Shown here: piece after piece, positions 15,901 through 25,080 of the stretch
How the letters are laid out: each line of letters starts with the position of its first letter
Position numbering within the stretch: position 1 is the first letter of the stretch
Translations under genes and position numbers: made by a program
The notes under the pieces: model-generated
Seen by the model: only the letters and a program-made list of their open reading frames with translations
What the model was told of the DNA's origin: nothing
Databases searched by the model: none
DNA from: a virus
Taxonomy: Duplodnaviria; Caudoviricetes
Strand: one strand, 5' to 3'
Virus record (IMG/VR): IMGVR_UViG_3300020045_000321
Coordinates: 1-30,136 of that record
DNA length: 30,136 nucleotides

Positions 15901-17179
15901 TGTCGATGTCAGCGGGACGATCATACTTGGTGCCGGGTTCCTTAGCCAAGTTGTCTACAATCTTCTCAAATTCCTGACGTGTAAAGGGGCGTTCACCTGC
16001 ACCCTCAGCAGCACGCATATCAGTGTAGGCACGATTCTGTTCACGATCACCTACCCAGTCACCTTGCTTAGTCAGCTCAGGGATAGGAGCTTTAGAAGCC
16101 ATCTCTCCTTCACGCTGTAAGTCAAATAGTTCAGGCTGTCCAAACATCTCATCTTGATTTCGTAACTCAGGAGGTAGTTCGCGTGAGGCACGTTGTGCCA
16201 TTTCACCACTAGGAGCAAGATCACCGGGATGATCAGTAGCCCACATCTCTTGCTGTTTAGCACCAAGGAAGTCTTGATTACCTTGTTGACGAGCCATCTC
16301 ATCCATACGAGCTAGTTCAGCTTGCTTAGCTACCTCAACAGCACGGTATTGTTCTGGTGGAATAGATACCCCAGCAGTGTCTACGTTAACCTGCTCTGGA
16401 TGCTCCAGTTGAAGCTCCATCTGACGACGTTGGCGTAAGGGAGTAGTTGGTGAGAACACCCCCTGTTGTCCAGCATCGTATGGTGTAGCAAGACCTTCTT
16501 CTGTACGTGGGAACATTTCCTGTTGGCCTTTAGCCACTGGCTCAGGGTTGTTAATCTCAGCAACAAGATTATCAACAGAAGATCGTTTGGTTGGTGGCTT
16601 ACCAGCATCACGTAAACCGGGATCAACCGTTTCAGCAATCTTAGCAAGACCTTTACCAGCCAACTTAGCTCCGGGGATGCCAACACCTAGTGAAGCAATG
16701 TCAAGACCCAGCTTGGTAGCACCAGCCATCTCCTGTGAACCGGTAGCTTGTCCAATCTTGTTACCAGCCCAGTCAACTGCCTCACCAATCCACTCAAACG
16801 GTTTCATTGAAGCTTGGTATGTTGGGTTTGTCTCCAAGCCAGTTGCTTTACCCATAGAAGGGATAAGACGTTCTACTTCTGCTTGACCAGCCTTACGCAA
16901 TTCATCGGTAGTATAGTCACCGCCTCCGCGTAGCTTAGCACCAATAGAAGCACCAATACCAAGAGGCATCTTAGCAAGACCTCCCAGTACGTCAACACCA
17001 GCGGCACCTAAACCTAAGAAATTCTGCCCGAGTTGTCTTAGTGCGCTAGGACCGGCATCCTGTGCCTTTGGAGCAGGGAGTGTTTGTGTATGAGCAAAAG
17101 CCTCATCAATATCGGAATCTGATGGCTGACTATCAAACTCGATGGTATGTCCATTGTTAAATTGGATTTTATAAGCCAT
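12914..17179 (-). CDS. Large internal virion / DNA ejection protein (1421 aa)
   Basis: Very long, helical, A/G/Q/K-rich, no Cys; last of three such genes after the tail genes, as in podoviruses; AGGA RBS. Confidence 0.7.
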   Translation of the reverse strand: MAYKIQFNNGHTIEFDSQPSDSDIDEAFAHTQTLPAPKAQDAGPSALRQLGQNFLGLGAAGVDVLGGLAKMPLGIGASIGAKLRGGGDYTTDELRKAGQAEVERLIPSMGKATGLETNPTYQASMKPFEWIGEAVDWAGNKIGQATGSQEMAGATKLGLDIASLGVGIPGAKLAGKGLAKIAETVDPGLRDAGKPPTKRSSVDNLVAEINNPEPVAKGQQEMFPRTEEGLATPYDAGQQGVFSPTTPLRQRRQMELQLEHPEQVNVDTAGVSIPPEQYRAVEVAKQAELARMDEMARQQGNQDFLGAKQQEMWATDHPGDLAPSGEMAQRASRELPPELRNQDEMFGQPELFDLQREGEMASKAPIPELTKQGDWVGDREQNRAYTDMRAAEGAGERPFTRQEFEKIVDNLAKEPGTKYDRPADIDKAYKDYVEQVSSKQTDMFDVGSRQEAFRAESTADRFQRSVEEHPFVKAAEDKLAKQEQHVQKLTEQVQAGKANATTLLSAKAALSTARETAAKAHANITEALSKGAGPKPGENPFGSDIVSMHSGIPFTKEHWNKLKEVGNALIENSQQAIAFAANTSDVKQNMVQQGINALTKGGSYLKAKVNNPVVHFAVDRMLSAEGKARSQINEKIHKEYLSSLRELSKTEYNDTFKLLDNSDKTQTVITKEMMTKHGISEKVQNAVLQHQALMADVLKQINVAREAAGKKPITSRTGYSAMNMSGDFRKTVYKMVNGEREVVGVIGANSKTLGKNSLSKLEELIKQKNPEYEFGPLQDTSVSRSSRMGTPNEAFKDVLDTIGENNPNFAEFVKTLNEVHRDNPNNFLGMQQHTMQKKGVWGMEGRKQWLTGSENAKAFFENQVRYAESAYQWGEMAKAAVDVSTVLHDPMVMKDHPNASKLAQDYLNNAMGIEPSRMGKAVDAGISALFAPFGIGPGVPKAGINVAKQVANTMMMSLSPTFLAIQMLQPLVALPAMNLYLRGKGVDSWGVGGVSKAMGTLYKQVSGKPLNALEQGAVDYAKNNHVYATDMVQHSTSTSKDTAYYVNKATQAPQAHVETGTRAAVFHALVNTLHDGGLTAEHGLYEQAHRFTDMAMNNYSQMEKPPIYNALGALGSMAYNLKSFGHNELSRWALYAREIGNSGNATPLLAQMASTIAFAGLMGLPFYSQWDQLYGFITKKLGEERSLTLDTLKLSETVGEKLGPKGSYALSNGMFTLAGADISSRVGLGDVLPSSAGDAAFAGGGKLVEMAKATGRAAMSPSEENLKAAALNLAPPFMQGMMKDQWYTKGDLAYSTDPTKLRATAEINDVDRLLGKIGLLGINKSVQQTKNYELKQLDLGYKSIRETALNKMAQDIFRDRPISRESIDKYIKNGQGDPKALEAALIQKGVDLSTSPQNAALIKDAASTNVTRQQSLMRRVQ

Positions 17180-17194
17180 TAGATTTCCTGTTTA

Positions 17195-18115
17195 TTATTG
17201 TGAGATTACTTTAAACTTAGTACCACTCTTTGTGGAGTTTACTGGGGGTCCTTCAGGTGGACGGACAGAAGGAGGTACTTTATTAACCAACTGAGCTTTA
17301 CCCTCGTTGATATCCAGTTTAGTTCCTTGACCAGCAGCAGCAGTCTTAGCTTCGATAGTACGAGCACCCTGATCATATAGACTTTGGAAGAAAGTCTTCT
17401 CAATATCAGTCAAGGGCTGTTGAGTATCGGGACTAACACCAGATTGAAGGATGGCGTAGGTAGCACTAACTTGCTCAGGAACTTTCATAGAAGAGAGTTT
17501 CTGTACGAAGGACACACCACCTCCACCACCTGTACCACGTTTATACTTACCAGCATCAATACCCATCTGCTCAATCCTGCTAGCATTAGCTCCCGCAGCA
17601 CCAGTTTCAAGGATACGCTGACGCCCCTTCTCTTGTTCCAACGCAACCTTATAATCCTGCTCTTGTTTAGCAGCACGAAATGTTTGACCCATTTCATAAA
17701 TCTGCTGTCCTTGAGCACGCTCATTTGGATCATTAGAATAGGATAGTTGTCTACCATGCTGTTCAATAGCTTTGATGTCATTCTCTTTCATATCGAGAAT
17801 AGCTTGTTGCTGATCTTTAGCAAGATTCTGGAACTGCAAAGCATTAGCACGATCAAGACCTAGTTGACTAGTTTGATTGGTAATGCCTCGCGTAGTATTA
17901 ACACCACGTTGTTGGTCAACCAAAAGAGGATTCATGGCAGTAGATTGCTGGTTTGCCAAGAATCCCTCTTGAGTCTTATTAGCTTCTTGTGCCAAGTTCT
18001 GTTGTTGGAACTGTTGTGCTAAGCCTTGGTTCTCTTGGGCTTGTTGATATACCCGAGGATCACCATAACCATAAGTAGCTTGGAGTGTTTCTAAGGTCGG
18101 AAGTTCATTTGCCAT
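17195..18115 (-). CDS. Putative ejection protein (Gln-rich coiled coil)
   Basis: Position and composition; likely start MANEL at 18115, just after the upstream stop. Confidence 0.6.
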   Translation of the reverse strand: MANELPTLETLQATYGYGDPRVYQQAQENQGLAQQFQQQNLAQEANKTQEGFLANQQSTAMNPLLVDQQRGVNTTRGITNQTSQLGLDRANALQFQNLAKDQQQAILDMKENDIKAIEQHGRQLSYSNDPNERAQGQQIYEMGQTFRAAKQEQDYKVALEQEKGRQRILETGAAGANASRIEQMGIDAGKYKRGTGGGGGVSFVQKLSSMKVPEQVSATYAILQSGVSPDTQQPLTDIEKTFFQSLYDQGARTIEAKTAAAGQGTKLDINEGKAQLVNKVPPSVRPPEGPPVNSTKSGTKFKVISQ

Positions 18116-18117
18116 GA

Positions 18118-19548
18118 TTATGTCCACTCATAAGAAGAAGATTCTGGAACGGACTCCTGTTGATAAGAAGGAGGGGTCCAGTCGTTATACAAATTCTTTA
18201 AGCCAGAATATGCCTGCTGTCCTAAGCCCTGAACACCCTTATTACCAAGTAGTTGAGCAAGAAATTGTCCTTGTACCACTTGTCTATTTTGATTGGCTGT
18301 TTGTGCTTGGGTATTGGTCAAGTTACTTGATTGTCCCAAACTAGACATGGAGTTTGCAACCGTAGGTGCCATCGCAGCAAGGCGAGCTTGGAGTTCAACA
18401 GCACGTGTACCGTATTGACTATTGCGACCAGCCTTAGCATCTTGACGGGCAAGCTGTTGTGCTAGTTGTTTAGCATATGGACTATCTGGAGCATACATAT
18501 TCTGCAACCCACTCATTTGAGATTGGAGTGCTTGTTGTGTTTGCTGTGAGTTCTGTGCTAGTTGATTGGCTTGTTTATTTGCTTGATAACCGCCATAGAG
18601 TGTCCCAGCAAGCTGACCCCAATTAGTACCACCACCTCCAGCAGCAGAGGGTCCAGTAGTGTTACCCGCATTCTGTGCAGAAGCAATGCCAGCAGCCATA
18701 GGACTACCTTGTCCATATGGCCCGATAGAAGCATTTTCTCTACTTGCTTGGTTAAATCCTGCATTAGCAAGACCACCCAAGGCTTGTGAACCTAGTTGTG
18801 CACCAGCAGCGCCAGCAAGACTACCCCCCACCATTCCACCTAGCATACCGGCAGCTTGTGTTCCCACAGAGGCGGTTGGGTTATTGCTCCGAGCAGCATT
18901 GTATCCCATACCTAGAGCAGAACCAGCCAGTCCTGGAACAGCAGCTCCAATTACAGAAGCTCCAATATCTTTTCCACGTACTGCATCAATACCTAAATTA
19001 GCTATCCGACCAATTGGTGTGTATCCCAGCAGAGTTCGCGCAAAGCTCACAGCAGGATGATCCATAACAGAAGATTCTTTATCTGTTCCTGTAATACCCA
19101 TACCACTAGTGCCCATACCAAGCATACCCAAGTTATTTGCAGATTGTTGTGATACCTGTAATCCCTGCGCTGAGGGGGATGAGGTATTCATACCCAAACC
19201 ATACTGTCCCGGAGTGTATCCTGTACCAAACATATCGGACAAAGAGTAGTTACCGATATCGTTGGAAGTAGCCCCTGAGAATCCAGCAGCACCTTGTCCT
19301 AGAGTTCCACCAAAACCATAGTCAGTAGAGGGGTTAAAACCAATGTTGTTTGTGTCTGTTTGTGAGAGGGTTGTGTTTGGGTTAAAGCCCTCTACCGTAC
19401 CAACACCTAGACCATAGTTACCCCAAGGAGAGGAGCCACCACCACCGGAGCTATTTGAGTACCCACCCACATTTCCAGAGGTTCCTCCATAGTTCTCACT
19501 AGATCCTGTTGAGTACCCACCATAACTATCTCCATCGCCGTAAGCCAT
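18118..19548 (-). CDS. Putative ejection / DNA transfer protein (Gly/Ser-rich)
   Basis: AAAGGA RBS; glycine-zipper hydrophobic segments and a Q/A-rich C-terminus typical of pilot/ejection proteins. Confidence 0.6.
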   Translation of the reverse strand: MAYGDGDSYGGYSTGSSENYGGTSGNVGGYSNSSGGGGSSPWGNYGLGVGTVEGFNPNTTLSQTDTNNIGFNPSTDYGFGGTLGQGAAGFSGATSNDIGNYSLSDMFGTGYTPGQYGLGMNTSSPSAQGLQVSQQSANNLGMLGMGTSGMGITGTDKESSVMDHPAVSFARTLLGYTPIGRIANLGIDAVRGKDIGASVIGAAVPGLAGSALGMGYNAARSNNPTASVGTQAAGMLGGMVGGSLAGAAGAQLGSQALGGLANAGFNQASRENASIGPYGQGSPMAAGIASAQNAGNTTGPSAAGGGGTNWGQLAGTLYGGYQANKQANQLAQNSQQTQQALQSQMSGLQNMYAPDSPYAKQLAQQLARQDAKAGRNSQYGTRAVELQARLAAMAPTVANSMSSLGQSSNLTNTQAQTANQNRQVVQGQFLAQLLGNKGVQGLGQQAYSGLKNLYNDWTPPSYQQESVPESSSYEWT

Positions 19549-19558
19549 AATTTATCCT

Positions 19559-20275
19559 TTAAGCACTAATATTATCTGTAACCGTTAAGATTATAGAAGG
19601 AATCGCCGGAACAGGAGCAGTCGCTGTTAAGGCAGTAATTTGACAACCCGTGTCATCTGTTGACCAAACTAACTCAAAGTAATCATTTGCAGTAAGACTG
19701 AGTACAAAATTCCAAGAGGCTACAAGAGCAGCATTACTTCCTGCTAGGGTAACTTCAGTACCGCTATTGGCGACGTTAGTTCCATTGATGCGCGGCCAAA
19801 TCCAGACTTTCTTCGCAGCAGCGGCGGTCTTGTTTAACTGAGCAGAGAACTGAAAATCATATACACCAGTAGCAGAACAAATAATCCGTGAAGTGGGTGT
19901 ACCAACAGTAACACCATGAGAGAGGTCTGTACTATTAAAAGTAATGGGATAAGCAGTATTGATTGCAGCAGCAGTTTGAGTAGTGGTATCGTGAAAAACA
20001 CCATACTTAGGATCACGGGCAATCAATGCTTGTACAGCAGTATGCTCGGTATTTGTAAGATGATAATGTTCTCCAGCAGTTCCACCCTGAATACTGGTCA
20101 ATAAGGAATGGGCTTTAGATTGCAAATCTGCAATAGAACTTCCTGCTTTGTTGATTACTGACCATGCAATAGAACCACCAGTGGAAAGATAGGCATTAAG
20201 TTTGTTGTACCAATCAATCCAAACAAAGTCACCTGACGCAGCTCGCGTAGGAGGGGGAGGTAATCCACCAGCCAT
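19559..20275 (-). CDS. Virion structural protein (tail needle or short fibre-like)
   Basis: GGLPPPP N-terminus, IQGG...HYHLT motif and a C-terminal C1q-like beta-sandwich (GVYDFQFSAQL...ANDYFELVW); follows the gp10-like gene. Confidence 0.55.
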   Translation of the reverse strand: MAGGLPPPPTRAASGDFVWIDWYNKLNAYLSTGGSIAWSVINKAGSSIADLQSKAHSLLTSIQGGTAGEHYHLTNTEHTAVQALIARDPKYGVFHDTTTQTAAAINTAYPITFNSTDLSHGVTVGTPTSRIICSATGVYDFQFSAQLNKTAAAAKKVWIWPRINGTNVANSGTEVTLAGSNAALVASWNFVLSLTANDYFELVWSTDDTGCQITALTATAPVPAIPSIILTVTDNISA

Positions 20276-21738
20276 TATTGTTGTCCTTTATTAAAGTCCA
20301 TTTCCAAACCTTCTAGTCGAACAAGATGTGGTAGACTGTAGCGCAACCGGAAAGCTCGTCTACGGAAAGTTCCCAATTGTTTTACAACAGGAAAATCATT
20401 CGTATAACTAAGCAAACGTGGTGTGCTCCAGGTGTTGTAATCATCATCGGACCAGTCTAGGTAGAAGGAATTCTCTGTACCAAGACCATCAGGAATATCA
20501 CCAAGGATACTTACACGAGACAGGAACTTCCTATTGATAGTGTCGTAGTCTACTTTGTTTGTGGTAACTTCACATCGAAATGCTGTGAGGTTATCCTTAA
20601 AGTAAGAGGCATTCATCTTGTAGATGTTTGTGCCAACTTTATCTAAGATATAAGCAGAGCCATCTAGACCATCAGAGGCAAACTGTCCAATGAAGGGGAA
20701 CTCACCGTTAACACCACTAGCCCATTCGTGCCAGAGTTTAGTATCAAAACTATAGACAAGGGTTCGTGTAGTTAGTACCAAGACATAAAGCTTCTGTCCA
20801 CTTACACGGATAGCGTAAGCAGTAGCGTTCTGTAGATTAGTACCTTCTGTTAATAAAGCATGTTTAATTGCAGGAGTTCCAATTTCTTTTTCTTTGAAGC
20901 CATCAATGGTCCACACAGTATTACCACCATTACCAGTGGCACCAATGAGGATGACTTCTTTTTCTGTTTGTACTACTGTGTTTCCTGCCACAGTACCAAA
21001 CTGTTGAACAGCAGAATCATAGCGAGCTAACGGTGTTCCAGTAGCAGCGGCTGCATCATAGAAGTACTCAACGCTATTACTACCAACCGCGTAGATATAG
21101 TTATTATTCTTTGTTAAGGCTTTAATGGTATCTGGGTACATCTCAGCAGAGATATAGTCACCGACTGTCCATAGAGTAGGATCATCTAAGTTACTATTAT
21201 AGATATCCTGTGTTCCTGATTTAGCAAGAAAGAGGTAACCGTCTAAGAAAATAGGATCAGGTAGATGGGGAGAAGGGAAGTCCCCTGCAACAGGAATCAT
21301 AGTGGGTGCTATGGCTGGACTAGAGAAGACATACCCGTTAGTGCCATCTACCAATACCAGCGTAACAGCACCAAGAGAGGATACAAATTCTGTGAAGCCT
21401 ACTTGACCAGTTGAGGTAGCAATACTGGATAGTAGAACACCATTGACGTATATCTTATCTGCTACTACAGAGATCACATAACCCACACCAGCTACTGTCC
21501 AGTAGTAAATACCACGAGCCACACCAGCGTTAACTGTGTAAGCTGAAACCATCCCGGGACGGGACTTGATATAAGCCTTCTTAGTTTCTTGTGTAGGGCT
21601 ATCGTGAAGCTCCACCATCATGTTGACTAACCGATAGTCTTTTGTAAGATCAACACCATTTCGTTGCTGTAGATCACCTACAAAACTCATACGAGTAGCA
21701 TCATAGGTGTTTTGTTGGGGGTTACGGTTGAAAGCCAT
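20275..21738 (-). CDS. Tail hub/nozzle, P22 gp10-like packaged DNA stabilization protein
   Basis: 487 aa, beta-rich; FLDGYLF, SAEMYPD, TLVYSFDTKLWHEW, WSDDDYNTWS and LGTFRRRAFRL patterns. Confidence 0.75.
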   Translation of the reverse strand: MAFNRNPQQNTYDATRMSFVGDLQQRNGVDLTKDYRLVNMMVELHDSPTQETKKAYIKSRPGMVSAYTVNAGVARGIYYWTVAGVGYVISVVADKIYVNGVLLSSIATSTGQVGFTEFVSSLGAVTLVLVDGTNGYVFSSPAIAPTMIPVAGDFPSPHLPDPIFLDGYLFLAKSGTQDIYNSNLDDPTLWTVGDYISAEMYPDTIKALTKNNNYIYAVGSNSVEYFYDAAAATGTPLARYDSAVQQFGTVAGNTVVQTEKEVILIGATGNGGNTVWTIDGFKEKEIGTPAIKHALLTEGTNLQNATAYAIRVSGQKLYVLVLTTRTLVYSFDTKLWHEWASGVNGEFPFIGQFASDGLDGSAYILDKVGTNIYKMNASYFKDNLTAFRCEVTTNKVDYDTINRKFLSRVSILGDIPDGLGTENSFYLDWSDDDYNTWSTPRLLSYTNDFPVVKQLGTFRRRAFRLRYSLPHLVRLEGLEMDFNKGQQ

Positions 21739-22446
21739 TTAGTGTTTTCCTGACCAATCTGGTTGCATGTACATCGACCCCTCCTCGACTCCATACATCA
21801 AAGCTTGTTGATGGAAGAACTCCGCTTCTTTAGACAAGGTAGAACGATCTTGTACTGGAAGACCATACTCGGAAGACAACCGCCAAGCAAGACCATAAAT
21901 CATAGCTTCTGTCCAATAGGAAGGAAAGTCGATGTCATCAGTGCTAACAACCATGTCCTCAAAAGGACGTTGGTAAACAATGGTAATTGTTGTTGTGCTA
22001 TCGTTAGGGATAGGCCACAAGTTGATAGTACCTCTGTCCGCAAGCGGCTGGTAGTACAGGTTAATCGGAACACCAGAACTAATAGTCAAGGGTAGGATGT
22101 TGTAATTATAATTGGTATAAATATTCATAGGAACATTTACACTATTAGTTTGATTACGATAAGCCTGAACAACCTTGAGTGGTGCTGGTGTAGCTAAAGC
22201 CATACCATTGCCTATAATATAAGCAGCTTGTCCTGAGATAACTGAGAAGGTATACTTCTTCATTGCCCATACAGGCATACCGTCCGCTTGGAAGCCTTTA
22301 ATCATGGCATTTAGAGCCTCGGCTGCGTTGGTGACCTCATAGGCAGCAGGAGCACTTCCACCCGCTAGAACAGCCAGTTTACGTAATGCACTATTGATGA
22401 TTCCATCACGATTAAGTGTCCACGAAGCTACACCACTTGTACTCAT
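21739..22446 (-). CDS. Head-tail adaptor (P22 gp4 / tail tubular A-like)
   Basis: IINSALRKL...ALNAM, LWPIP and FPSYWTEAMIYGLAWRL; directly upstream of the gp10-like gene. Confidence 0.72.
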   Translation of the reverse strand: MSTSGVASWTLNRDGIINSALRKLAVLAGGSAPAAYEVTNAAEALNAMIKGFQADGMPVWAMKKYTFSVISGQAAYIIGNGMALATPAPLKVVQAYRNQTNSVNVPMNIYTNYNYNILPLTISSGVPINLYYQPLADRGTINLWPIPNDSTTTITIVYQRPFEDMVVSTDDIDFPSYWTEAMIYGLAWRLSSEYGLPVQDRSTLSKEAEFFHQQALMYGVEEGSMYMQPDWSGKH

Positions 22447-22447
22447 A

Positions 22448-22837
22448 TTAAGATACCTTATTTATTTTTTCGTATGTACGGAAACCACCCAAACCCAACA
22501 TACCAATGAGGATAGGCATCATCTCGGAGATGTCAGCCGGTTTGATGTCAATAGCATGAGAGAAGAATGCTAGTGCTATAAACTTAGCAATGGATAGACC
22601 AAGCCAGTTCCAAGCACAAGCACATCCACACACCCAGCCAATGAAAGGACGCCAGCCAGATACAAAGATAGAAGAAGACTTACCCTCTTCTTTATTAATG
22701 TCTAGTTGGCCCTGTACTACCATGACAGCAGCAGCTAGTTGTTGTTTCTCTTCTTCTGTTTTATCAGGCCAGATCTTACCAATTACGGTATTAGCCAGAT
22801 TACTAACTGCACCCAGACCTGTAATATCTATAGACAT
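22448..22837 (-). CDS. Holin, 3-TM GTA-type family
   Basis: QLDINKEE...FVSGWRPFIGWVC...GMLGLGGFRTYEK signature. Confidence 0.82.
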   Translation of the reverse strand: MSIDITGLGAVSNLANTVIGKIWPDKTEEEKQQLAAAVMVVQGQLDINKEEGKSSSIFVSGWRPFIGWVCGCACAWNWLGLSIAKFIALAFFSHAIDIKPADISEMMPILIGMLGLGGFRTYEKINKVS

Positions 22838-22966
22838 AATGTTTGCTGCTTTTAGACAAGTTGTTTATTAGTTTATTGCTTGGCATTTTAGTGATTGATG
22901 TGGACTATTCCGTCAAGCAGCAGGATGATGTGACTGTACGTGACTTGATTACTTTTAGGATATTGG

Positions 22967-24817
22967 TCACACCTGCGTTCCAACAACCGTTCCATCCGTT
23001 GCGGACGATGGCGCACTATTTTTGATACGCAATCTACCTGTAGTATCCACCCATAGGTAATAAGTGTTCGTATCCCAGAATGACTTAAGTTGCCATCCGT
23101 TGGGGCCAACGACCATTGAGTCCATCATTGTGTGAACTCCACCTGTCACATAAAATGTCTCCAAGCGGTGCTTGCTGGACACCCCCGACGCATCGGCTGC
23201 TTCGTGGTACAAGCCACCAGACCGCCCAGCTCCTCCAGCAGAGGCGTCCCTGTTGTATCCTTTTAGAGCGAAAAACGTATCTCCCGTTGTGGTTGATGTA
23301 GAAGGGTTGTCAAAAGACAGTGTTCTGGTGGATAAGTACATCTCGCCACCGTTCGTCTGTATCGTGTTTGCCCCGTTATTTGCTAGAACGTTTCCATAGA
23401 TGACAATGTTTGTGGCCGTAGATTCTGCACAATAAATACCATAGCTTGTATTATCTGATATTGAATTTCCGGTGCAAATAGAATTTTCAGACCGAATAGT
23501 TGCTATTTGAATTCCAGCAGCATTACTCTTGACAACGTTACCGCTTATGATGGTTCGCGGCGCTTGGGTGTATATCCCTGTTGATGTGCAGTATGATACA
23601 AGGTTTCCGACAATGGCAAAATCACCGCCATCCTCACCTGCGACTGATGAATCAGAAACAACGATGCCGCCGTAGCATCCCTTTACGTTGTTGCCTTGGA
23701 TGACACATCGGCGTCTATCAGTTGGAGACCCTGAAGCATCTCCTGCGACGATGCCTGCCGCATAAAGATCAGACGGGGATAGTTCATTGCAATCATAGAT
23801 GGTGTTTCCAGCAACAACAGCATCAGCGTAGTTGATGGTAATACCGCCGCGTCCACACTTAAATATGGTGTTGCCAATCGCTTTGCATTTGGTTGATAGG
23901 CTGGCTGGATGTCCCATTGCGATGCCAACCTGATCTCTTGAATAGCTCAGAATGCAATTAGAGATTACTGAATCAATTGCGTTGAAACTTACAACAGAGC
24001 CAATACACTCCGCGCCAATTACGCCGTCAATGGTTACTCGCTCAGATGCTGATGATGCTGACGCCGCAACACCGATACAGGAATACCATGACTTGCGATA
24101 TAGTCCACCGTTTACCTGAACATCTGAGCAACCATCAAAGAAGCAGATTTCACTTGCGAGAGCTGTAGGTGCCCCAACAGAATAGTTGCCGGAAATATCG
24201 CAGTTGATTAAGGATATAAATGTAGAATCGTTAAACCATACAAGCGGTGTCTGAAGCCAACCGGATGCCTGGTATCTGTTTGCCCCGCCAGAAATACTAC
24301 AGTTAATAAGTTTTATGCTGTCTTTAGTAGTTGCGTAAATAGCCCCAACCTTTGCCTGATCAAGCGGATTTGTCGTAAATACGGATTCATCTACGCTTAT
24401 TTTCATTCGGTCAAAGACAATATTATCTCCGCTGCAAGTGAAAACATATGCACGGCTTCCAGTCGCCTGCAATTCCGCCGATGCGTTAATTGTTCCGCCG
24501 CCAACCAGTAGTCTATTTGCGGGGATTGATACTGGAAGTGAACACAGATAGTCACCTGGGAAATTGACAATTTCGTTCCCCGTCAGCGCAGCAATAAATG
24601 CAGCAGAGCTATCTGTCAATCCAGTTGGATCAGCACCATAATCGTCAACACTCACACTCTCGCGCAGCTTGTTCTGCACCGTAGTCTCCACAGCACCAAC
24701 GCCAGCAGGCGTATAAAATACAGTGGAAGCATCATCATTAAATGTCTTTGTGTTGACATCATTCAACCACGCCGACGTAATGGTTGTTCCTTGGGTAAAC
24801 GTAGTTGAATTAGTCAT
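22967..24817 (-). CDS. Tailspike / depolymerase with right-handed beta-helix
   Basis: Virion-anchor N-terminus (AWLNDVN), linker GAVETTVQNKLRESVSVDDYGADPTG, repeated I.GN.I beta-helix turns and C-terminal YLWVDTTGRLRIK. Confidence 0.85.
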   Translation of the reverse strand: MTNSTTFTQGTTITSAWLNDVNTKTFNDDASTVFYTPAGVGAVETTVQNKLRESVSVDDYGADPTGLTDSSAAFIAALTGNEIVNFPGDYLCSLPVSIPANRLLVGGGTINASAELQATGSRAYVFTCSGDNIVFDRMKISVDESVFTTNPLDQAKVGAIYATTKDSIKLINCSISGGANRYQASGWLQTPLVWFNDSTFISLINCDISGNYSVGAPTALASEICFFDGCSDVQVNGGLYRKSWYSCIGVAASASSASERVTIDGVIGAECIGSVVSFNAIDSVISNCILSYSRDQVGIAMGHPASLSTKCKAIGNTIFKCGRGGITINYADAVVAGNTIYDCNELSPSDLYAAGIVAGDASGSPTDRRRCVIQGNNVKGCYGGIVVSDSSVAGEDGGDFAIVGNLVSYCTSTGIYTQAPRTIISGNVVKSNAAGIQIATIRSENSICTGNSISDNTSYGIYCAESTATNIVIYGNVLANNGANTIQTNGGEMYLSTRTLSFDNPSTSTTTGDTFFALKGYNRDASAGGAGRSGGLYHEAADASGVSSKHRLETFYVTGGVHTMMDSMVVGPNGWQLKSFWDTNTYYLWVDTTGRLRIKNSAPSSATDGTVVGTQV

Positions 24818-24819
24818 AT

Positions 24820-25080
24820 TTAAGGTCTGTCTTGTTTAGTGTCGAGTTTAGCATCTATCTTATCAAGTTTAGTGAATAGAGCATTAGAAAGTTTATCGAG
24901 ATCATCACGCTTGACGTAAGACCCAGCAACTAGGAGTTCAATATGTTGAACCGCTTTGATTAAATCGGCGTCGGCGGTCTTAAGGGCTTTAATAGAATCA
25001 TTGAGACTATTAAGAATCCATGCTCCCATAAAGCCGATAACACCTATTATACTGTTAATTAAGGTTTGGTTTTCCATCAT
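24820..25080 (-). CDS. Single-TM coiled-coil phage protein
   Basis: Start at 25080 via ATGA overlap; hydrophobic N-terminus followed by heptad-like repeats. Confidence 0.65.
   Translation of the reverse strand: MMENQTLINSIIGVIGFMGAWILNSLNDSIKALKTADADLIKAVQHIELLVAGSYVKRDDLDKLSNALFTKLDKIDAKLDTKQDRP

Noticed and set aside
13338-19060. Numerous + strand ORFs opposite the ejection genes (similar ones at 26996-29814)
   Set aside because: These are antisense shadows of biased codon usage with no recognisable motifs.
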